From positions 864,001-928,000 of the forward strand of contig CAWFAK010000017.1 in the NCBI GenBank assembly GCA_963813715.1: a DNA stretch of 64,000 nt, given 5' to 3'. Positions 57,530-64,000 of this stretch are shown piece after piece; position 1 is the stretch's first letter, and each line of letters starts with the position of its first letter. The stretch comes from an uncultured Planctomycetaceae bacterium. GTDB taxonomy: Bacteria > Planctomycetota > Planctomycetia > Planctomycetales > Planctomycetaceae. The notes beneath the pieces are model-generated. The model was given only the letters and a program-made list of their open reading frames with translations. It was not told the origin of the DNA and ran no database searches. Made by a program: the position numbers and the translations under genes.

Positions 57530-58606
57530 TCACGATGGTCGGTCGGAAGTCGCAGACTCCTCGGCGTTCCAGGGGACCGTATAGCACATGCCGGGCATTT
57601 CGATTCCGCCGCGTTGTCCCGGCACTATAGAACCGTATCGTTCGGCAAAAATCGGCGGTAGCGGACGCGCATTCTCCGGGGCCACCCAGAGCCGCAGGAG
57701 ATGACGCTTGCGGTCGGGTTCGGGCCAGTCTTCGAACGCGGTGCGGTCGTGCAGCAGCGTGTGGTTATGGACGAGCTGAATGTCACCCGTCTGAAATCCC
57801 ATCTGGAAATTCAAGGCCGGATCGTTGGCCAACGCGTCGAACAGGTCAAGCGCCTGCGTCTGCTCGGCGGTCAGCGGTCGAACTTCCGGAAATCGGCGTG
57901 CCGACTCGATATACATCCGATGGTAAATGGCCGAAAGCAGTCCTGCGTGCCAATTGAAAACGGGGACAGAGAAGAAAGGTTTCTGCCCGGCCGGCACTTC
58001 CCCGCGACGGTCGGTCTCGATGCGCTCGAATAGGACCTGTGCCAGTTCGGGACACCGCTTCCGCATTTCGTTAAAGATGGTGACCGAGCTGACCAGGCTC
58101 GACAGTCCACCGGCCTTTGCCGGTTGCAGGCAGAGCAGCCCGACAATGTCGCACGAATCGGTGTGATAGTTCTGCCGCTCTTTGGTCTGATAGATGCGCA
58201 CGTGCGGATCGCGACTGCTTAGACCCACGTCCCTCACATGTCCCAGCAAATGGCCGCGGGCGTTCTGTGGACGCAGACGGCCGCAATGCAGACCCAGGCC
58301 CAGGAAAGCGACCGCCGACAACCGCCGTCCCCAGTGCTCGATCGGCAACCCGCGCAAAAGCACGAATCCCCGCCCTGCGATCACTTGCTGGAGAATCGCG
58401 CCCAGACGGCGACTGAGCGTGGGCACCGGAAAATCGACGGGCCTCAATCTGTCCCACTCCGGTTCGGCATGTTCAAATCGGCGGGCGGCCGACTCCACCT
58501 CGGCCACCTCGTCCGCTGTGAGCGTCTCGATCCAGTCGGATTGCCGGGACACGTCAGGACCATACCAGGCAGAAGGGCCGTCGATTGCGGGAGGGAGTTC
58601 GAACAT
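57530..58606 (-). CDS. TauD/TfdA-family Fe(II)/2-oxoglutarate dioxygenase
   Basis: GRGFVLLRG, HTD, LLHDR, RHLLRLW motifs. Confidence 0.88.
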   Translation of the reverse strand: MFELPPAIDGPSAWYGPDVSRQSDWIETLTADEVAEVESAARRFEHAEPEWDRLRPVDFPVPTLSRRLGAILQQVIAGRGFVLLRGLPIEHWGRRLSAVAFLGLGLHCGRLRPQNARGHLLGHVRDVGLSSRDPHVRIYQTKERQNYHTDSCDIVGLLCLQPAKAGGLSSLVSSVTIFNEMRKRCPELAQVLFERIETDRRGEVPAGQKPFFSVPVFNWHAGLLSAIYHRMYIESARRFPEVRPLTAEQTQALDLFDALANDPALNFQMGFQTGDIQLVHNHTLLHDRTAFEDWPEPDRKRHLLRLWVAPENARPLPPIFAERYGSIVPGQRGGIEMPGMCYTVPWNAEESATSDRPS

Positions 58607-58794
58607 TGCTTTTTCGCAGTCGTCCTTTTCGGGCGAGTTTGCAACGTCTTCGCCGCAACGGGCACGCGAGCATCCGCTCGATGGGACCGTCAGGCTCACG
58701 TCCTCGGCACATTCTAACGCGAAGGCTGTGGAGACTGCGATCGGTCCGTTAGCCGAACGGTCGATTCGTTGGCCAATGACGACCCGCGACGCCT

Positions 58795-61746
58795 TTAGCC
58801 GTCGAGGGTCTCTCGGACCTTGGTCGCGAGATCGAACGTCGTGAAGGGCTTTTGCAAGAAGGCCAGGCCCAGGTCGGGCATTCCCAGTCGCCGCAGCTCG
58901 CCGTCGCGGTAACCCGACGCGTAGAGCACCTTGAGCTTAGGCAGCTGGGCTCGCGCGCGTTCCGCCAGTGCGACTCCGTTCATATCGGGCATGACGACGT
59001 CGGTGATCATCAGGGTGATCTTGCTCGCGTGCTTTCGAAGCAGGTCGAGCGCTTCGGTGGCGTTGCTCGCCTCGTGGACCTGGTAGTTTTGGATTCGCAG
59101 CAAGCGCGACATGAGCCGACGCACGGTCACCTCATCCTCAACCACGAGAACCGTTTCATTCCCTCGCGGAATGGCCTGGGGAGCGGCGTCGACTTCCCAC
59201 GCAGTAAGGCCACTGGTGACGGGCGGCAGATAGACCTGGAAGGTCGAACCGTGGCCGGGCTGGCTGTCGACAGCGATCTGGCCGCCGCATTCCCGCACGA
59301 TTTCCTGCACCGTGGCGAGCCCCATTCCCGTCCCTTTTCCCACTCCTTTCGTCGTGAAAAAGGGCTCGAATATGCGGGCGCGGGTCGCCTCGTCCATGCC
59401 GCAGCCGGTATCGCGCACGGCCAGCAGCACGTAGGAACCGGGAGTCGCTTGCGGGGCGATCTTTTGGCCGCGCGCGAGCTGAACCATTTTGGTCTCGATC
59501 GTGATCTGTCCGCCGGCCGGCATGGCGTCCCGGGCATTGACAACCAGATTCATCACGACTTGCTCAATTTGAGCGGGATCCGCTTGGACATGACTTAAAT
59601 CGGGAGTGAGCTCGGTTTTCAGCTCGATCGATTCGCCGACGAGCCTCCGCAGCATCTTCTCCATCCCCTCGACGTACGCGTTGAGGTCGAGCACGACCGG
59701 GTTGTAGATTTCCTTGCGGCAGAACGCCAAAAGCTGACGGGTGAGGCCCGATGCGCGTTTGCCCGACTCGACAATCTCCGTCAGCAGCTCGTGCATCGGC
59801 GCGTCCTTGGGAACTTCCCCCAGCACCATTTCGCCGTAACCCAGGATGACGGTCAGCAAATTGTTGAAGTCGTGCGCAACGCCCCCCACCAGGCGCCCGA
59901 CCGACTCCATCTTTTCGGCCTGCCGCAGCTTCTCGACGACTTCCTGCAGTGTATGCTGCAGCCGCACGCGCGAGAGGAACGATCCCACCTGTTCGCCGAT
60001 CGCCGTGAGGCAGCCGAGGAATTGTTCATCCGGCTCGGCGATCTGGTCCGCAAAGAAGAGCAGGACGCCGCTCGCGCTCGCATCGGCATCGGTTCCGGAG
60101 AGCACGGGAATGCCCAGCACGGCATCGAGGCCGCAGCGCGCTGCGAGGCCGACTCGGTCGATCGCGCGGTCTGTCGAGAGCTTGCCAAACCACCGCGGCT
60201 TGCCGTGACGCAGCACCGTTTTCGCCAGATCGGTCGGCTCGCCCGTCTCCCAGTTTTGCGTCTGACTCGCGAACTCGGCCGCCAGCGTTGAGGCCGCATT
60301 CCAGGTCGCCGACAGATGGAGACTCGTCGTCTCGGCGTCGGCCGACCAGAATTCGCCGCAGCTGTACCCAAGATGAGTGCCTATCACCGACAGAATCGTG
60401 CCGAGGGTCTGTTCATTCGCTTCGGGATCGGCGAGCAGCCGCGAGAGAGCATGCCCAAGCGCCAGTCGACGCTCGGCCCGCTTCCGGTCGGTGAGGTCGG
60501 CGAGCAGGATCACCGTCTCTTCGACGGTCTTTTCGGCCCCGCACAGCGGCGAGACGGACATCGCGACTTCGAGAGTCTGCCCGCTCTGCGTCTGCACCTT
60601 GGTTTCGACATGGGCCGTCGCCTGGCCGGCCAGGGCTCCGCGCAAAGAAGCATCGAGGACTTCACGTTCGGCCCCGCGGGCGATCGCCAGCGGACGGCCG
60701 ACAGATTCAGCGGCAGTGCGGCCGAAAAGGCGTTCCGCCGCCGGGTTCCAGCGTGTGACGTTGCCCTCGCGGTCGACGGCGCAGATAGCGGCGGGTGAAA
60801 AGCGGACGAGCGCGTCGTGTGCCCGCTTCGAGTCGGCCAGGAGTTCGTGCTGCCGCAAGAAGCCGAGGGCCGGTCCGATTTCGACGGCCGCCTTTTCGAG
60901 CGTAAATGTGTCGACATCTCGAATTGCGCGGGCAAAGCAGGCGGCGACAATCGTGACCACGCGATCCTGAAAAATAATCGGATACAACAAAACGCCTGTG
61001 ATTCCTCGTCCGCGAATAATCTTTTCGAGCACATTTTCGGCCGGAACGTCGCCAGTGCTGACAAAGGCACTGGGAACTTTTTTGCTGCGTACCTGCCGCA
61101 CTTCGTCGATCAAGAGTTCAAAGAACGGCAGCGACTGGCCTGCCTTTGGGTTCTGAGAGGCCGCCCCGAACACGGGGTCAGGCCGTCGCTCGTCGACCGT
61201 CCAAATGCCGACCTCGAGCGCCTCGAGCGATTTGGCCAGGACGTTGGCCCAGGCCTCAAGGATCGAGACGGGTGAAAAAGGCCGGGCGAACGGAGCCCAG
61301 ATTTCCGCCCGCAACGAGGTGACGTAGGCCCGACGCTCCGTCCGTTGTTCTTCCTCTTTACGCTCTGAAACGTCAAAGGCGATGGCGTAGAGGCTGCGGT
61401 CTCCATCGCGGCGGATTTGCCAGCAGAACCATTTGTGCGACCCGTCACGGCAGCGGATGGGCGCATCCAGACTGCGCAGGGCGCCCGTTTCGGCCGATTC
61501 ACGGAGCATCGCGGTAAAGGCGGCGGCGTGGTCGGGATGGACGAAATGCGTCACAAGGCGACCGAGCACAAGTTCGCTGGCGTGGCCTAACAGATCAGTC
61601 CACGCCCGGTTCGCCAGCATAATGCGACCGTCAATCGACGTGACGGCGACAAGCGCAGGCGATCGCTCGAGCAGTCCGCCCCGTTGCTGCGGTGACTGTA
61701 CGGCGATCGCTTCAGGCGTCAAAGGTCGGTCGAGAGTCGTGCTCAT
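58795..61746 (-). CDS. Hybrid sensor histidine kinase (PAS-GAF-PAS-GAF-HisKA-HATPase-REC)
   Basis: GGVAHDFNNLL, NARDAM, DTGCGM, FFTTK, GTGMGL; receiver VVEDE...TDVVMP...KPF. Confidence 0.93.
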   Translation of the reverse strand: MSTTLDRPLTPEAIAVQSPQQRGGLLERSPALVAVTSIDGRIMLANRAWTDLLGHASELVLGRLVTHFVHPDHAAAFTAMLRESAETGALRSLDAPIRCRDGSHKWFCWQIRRDGDRSLYAIAFDVSERKEEEQRTERRAYVTSLRAEIWAPFARPFSPVSILEAWANVLAKSLEALEVGIWTVDERRPDPVFGAASQNPKAGQSLPFFELLIDEVRQVRSKKVPSAFVSTGDVPAENVLEKIIRGRGITGVLLYPIIFQDRVVTIVAACFARAIRDVDTFTLEKAAVEIGPALGFLRQHELLADSKRAHDALVRFSPAAICAVDREGNVTRWNPAAERLFGRTAAESVGRPLAIARGAEREVLDASLRGALAGQATAHVETKVQTQSGQTLEVAMSVSPLCGAEKTVEETVILLADLTDRKRAERRLALGHALSRLLADPEANEQTLGTILSVIGTHLGYSCGEFWSADAETTSLHLSATWNAASTLAAEFASQTQNWETGEPTDLAKTVLRHGKPRWFGKLSTDRAIDRVGLAARCGLDAVLGIPVLSGTDADASASGVLLFFADQIAEPDEQFLGCLTAIGEQVGSFLSRVRLQHTLQEVVEKLRQAEKMESVGRLVGGVAHDFNNLLTVILGYGEMVLGEVPKDAPMHELLTEIVESGKRASGLTRQLLAFCRKEIYNPVVLDLNAYVEGMEKMLRRLVGESIELKTELTPDLSHVQADPAQIEQVVMNLVVNARDAMPAGGQITIETKMVQLARGQKIAPQATPGSYVLLAVRDTGCGMDEATRARIFEPFFTTKGVGKGTGMGLATVQEIVRECGGQIAVDSQPGHGSTFQVYLPPVTSGLTAWEVDAAPQAIPRGNETVLVVEDEVTVRRLMSRLLRIQNYQVHEASNATEALDLLRKHASKITLMITDVVMPDMNGVALAERARAQLPKLKVLYASGYRDGELRRLGMPDLGLAFLQKPFTTFDLATKVRETLDG

Positions 61747-61751
61747 CGAAG

Positions 61752-63284
61752 TTATTGAACGAGGTAAACGTCCATCGCGGGTGAAAGCAGCTGACTCGGA
61801 TTCAACGTGCACTGCAGAATGTTCAGGCAGAGCATGGATCCAGTGACAAATTTCAGGTTATACGTGCCGGCGGCGGCAAAAATCATCTGTCCGTACTTGG
61901 AGTAAATGGAACCGCTGAGCGTCCCGCCCAGAATCAAAGTCTCGTCGGCGAGCACGATCGGTCGGCGATCGATGCGCCGCTGGTAGAAGAGGAGTCCGTT
62001 GAACGGGCTGGTCGAATCGTTGAGCCCGGAGTAGCTGCTGCCCAAGAGCGAAGCGATGACCACACTCGGGATCAGATTGGCGGCTCCCGCCGGCGGAGTC
62101 GCGTTGCCGTCGGAATTGTCCGGAGCACCCGAGGCGGGCGTATAGTTGGTCGTGTTCGTGATATAGAAGGTGACGCCGTTGGCCGTCACATTTCCGGCGA
62201 TCACATTGAAAGCGATTCCTGTGAGCGGGTTGACGCTGCGGATGATGTAGACGCCGGGGTTGAAGGTCACGCCGCCGCTCACGATCTCGATCCAATCGTA
62301 AACGCCCGGGTTGAACACCTTGGCGGGCAGGAGGGGCAGGCCGATCACGGTCACGCCGCCGTACTGCGTGGCGACAACGTTGTGGCTGTCGGCCGCCGTC
62401 GTGGGAGCGGGAATGCTGCTGTACGGATCGGGAACCGGCAGCGCATTGCAGCGGAGAGGACTGGGCTGCCCCGAAGAGTTGCTGCCGTAGTTATGCGGAT
62501 TGTCGACGCCGCCGACAACCCGGATGTCCTGTGCGGCGACACTGGTGAGCGCGATCAATGGCGTGCACTCCGCGCCATAGGGGGGTGATGCGGCGGTGCC
62601 GGCGGCATTCCCGTTTTGGTCCACGCCGCCCCATTGATTGTTGTCGAGCACGGCGCCGTTCACCTTGAATTGGCCCAAGCCCAGCACCTGCAGGCCACCC
62701 AGAATGGGCGGCAGCGTCAGCGACAGTGGCGCGACGGGAGCCAGGTTGACGGTAATTCCAGGCGGGTTCGGATCGAGCAGCACGAGAGCGCCACCCGCCG
62801 TCGACGCTTGCGAACCGGCGACCGAAGAAGCCTCAATCGTCTGCACGGACGAACCAGCGAGCACTTGAATGAAATAGGTGCTGGCCTTGCGAGTCACGTT
62901 TACCTGGGCGTAGGCCGCGTTGCCCGCGTAGGGGCCGCTGGTTGGCGGGACGCTGAGCACCACCGTCGCGTCCGTGAGCAAGTTGTCGTTCTGGACCGCA
63001 GTGGTCGCTGCAGCCGTCGCGTCGACGACCGAGCCACCTTGGTAAATCGTCATGGCGGCGGCCGTTGCGGCGGCGTCGGCGGCACTCTGCAGATTGCGGT
63101 GCGAGGCGAACAAAATGCTCGTGTCGAGAACCAGGCCGGCGATGCCCACCAGCATCGGCAACGTGATCGCCAGAATGACCAGCACGCCTGCCGAACGGCG
63201 GTGGCCGAACGTGGGTACGGTTTGCAGACGGCGGCGTGGCGACTTCAACCGGTTCACTGTCTGGTTGTGTAGCAGAGATCGCAT
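61752..63284 (-). CDS. TadG-like Flp pilus assembly protein
   Basis: AGVLVILAITLPML...LVLD...LQSAADAAATAAA and PPTSGPY motifs; start approximate. Confidence 0.8.
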   Translation of the reverse strand: MRSLLHNQTVNRLKSPRRRLQTVPTFGHRRSAGVLVILAITLPMLVGIAGLVLDTSILFASHRNLQSAADAAATAAAMTIYQGGSVVDATAAATTAVQNDNLLTDATVVLSVPPTSGPYAGNAAYAQVNVTRKASTYFIQVLAGSSVQTIEASSVAGSQASTAGGALVLLDPNPPGITVNLAPVAPLSLTLPPILGGLQVLGLGQFKVNGAVLDNNQWGGVDQNGNAAGTAASPPYGAECTPLIALTSVAAQDIRVVGGVDNPHNYGSNSSGQPSPLRCNALPVPDPYSSIPAPTTAADSHNVVATQYGGVTVIGLPLLPAKVFNPGVYDWIEIVSGGVTFNPGVYIIRSVNPLTGIAFNVIAGNVTANGVTFYITNTTNYTPASGAPDNSDGNATPPAGAANLIPSVVIASLLGSSYSGLNDSTSPFNGLLFYQRRIDRRPIVLADETLILGGTLSGSIYSKYGQMIFAAAGTYNLKFVTGSMLCLNILQCTLNPSQLLSPAMDVYLVQ

Positions 63285-63332
63285 CGATTCGCCTCGTGAA
63301 AATCTTGCCGGAATCGTACGGAGTGGACGCTC

Positions 63333-63803
63333 TCAGTGATCGACGGGCATCGTGCAGACCGCCTCGAGAGCGATCGGCTGATTGCCCAGAACGAAGGGAA
63401 TCATGGGGCTGTATTGATAGGTCAGCGTGGCTTGGACGGGATCGTCCGGCTGGTTGGTTCCGTTCGACCAATCCAGCTTGTAGTACACCTTCGCCAGCGT
63501 CAGGGTCGGCAGATCCTGCAGGAAGCTCTGGCTGTATTGGGATCCGTCACCCGCATTTCCATTCACCGCGGTCGGACCCCACATCGTCTCTTGAGGCGAC
63601 GATTTCGAGCCGTGGATCATGGCCTGGCGGCAAAGCTGCTGGGCGCCGTCGCACAGCAGGTTGTAGTCGAGCACCATCAATCCCAGGTCGATCATCACGA
63701 ATAGGATGACGAGGAAGACGCTCAAAACGACCGCAGCCTCGACGGCCGCGACGCCGCGACGCGAGGGACAACTAGCGAGTTGTGATGCTTGAAGCCGCTT
63801 CAT
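63333..63803 (-). CDS. TadE-like pseudopilin
   Basis: RRGVAAVEAAVVL...IDLG motif. Confidence 0.85.
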   Translation of the reverse strand: MKRLQASQLASCPSRRGVAAVEAAVVLSVFLVILFVMIDLGLMVLDYNLLCDGAQQLCRQAMIHGSKSSPQETMWGPTAVNGNAGDGSQYSQSFLQDLPTLTLAKVYYKLDWSNGTNQPDDPVQATLTYQYSPMIPFVLGNQPIALEAVCTMPVDH

Positions 63804-64000
63804 CGATAGCGCCGCATGCCGACGGTGTGGCTAATCGTGAATTGAGTGGGCAAACCGGGCCACTTCGTGATCGTGCTGAACTGGTAGGTGGCCGTGACGG
63901 TTGCGAGGTTGAATCCGCCCGATTCCGCCGTCGTTTCGACGCTGACGGACAACAGGTTCGAGTTGAATGTCGGATTCCCCTGAACTGCATTCTGAACTTG
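63800..64000 (-). CDS. TadE-like pseudopilin, C-terminal part (5' end outside the window)
   Basis: Own translation ...ATVTATYQFSTITKWPGLPTQFTISHTVGMRRYR*, with ATGA overlap to the next tadE. Confidence 0.65.
   Translation of the reverse strand, partial: QVQNAVQGNPTFNSNLLSVSVETTAESGGFNLATVTATYQFSTITKWPGLPTQFTISHTVGMRRYR

Overview
High-GC bacterial chromosomal segment, almost certainly a planctomycete: it has a DUF1559-type prepilin, a DUF1573 protein, an 'IELLENRALL' planctomycete extracellular N-terminal motif and Flp/Tad genes. It is mostly core and accessory housekeeping content: a Wzc/GumC-like co-polymerase (partial), an SPFH plus Zn-ribbon pair, dnaK-clpB, a yhdT/SSS transporter/D-threonine-aldolase-like operon, proC, an HD-PAS-GGDEF protein, ABC transporters, glnA, blaI/blaR1-like genes, tRNA-Glu(CTC) with an adjacent HEPN gene, rpsA, a sigma-70 factor, an ECF42-like sigma operon, a ~7.2 kb adhesin, a Ser/Thr kinase, a hybrid histidine kinase and tadE/G genes. 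Roughly 20 small frameshifts hit otherwise intact genes, including rpsA and clpB, which points to an unpolished long-read consensus rather than pseudogenes. The most unusual signals are two G-quadruplex-compatible tandem arrays interleaved with REP-like hairpins upstream of rpsA, a lone HEPN (AbiU2-like) gene at the tRNA 3' end, a dispersed hairpin repeat with compensatory base changes, sigma-54 promoters at dnaK and glnA, and several atypical domain architectures. No CRISPR array, transposase or integrase was seen. All family calls come from motif recognition by eye, not database searches.
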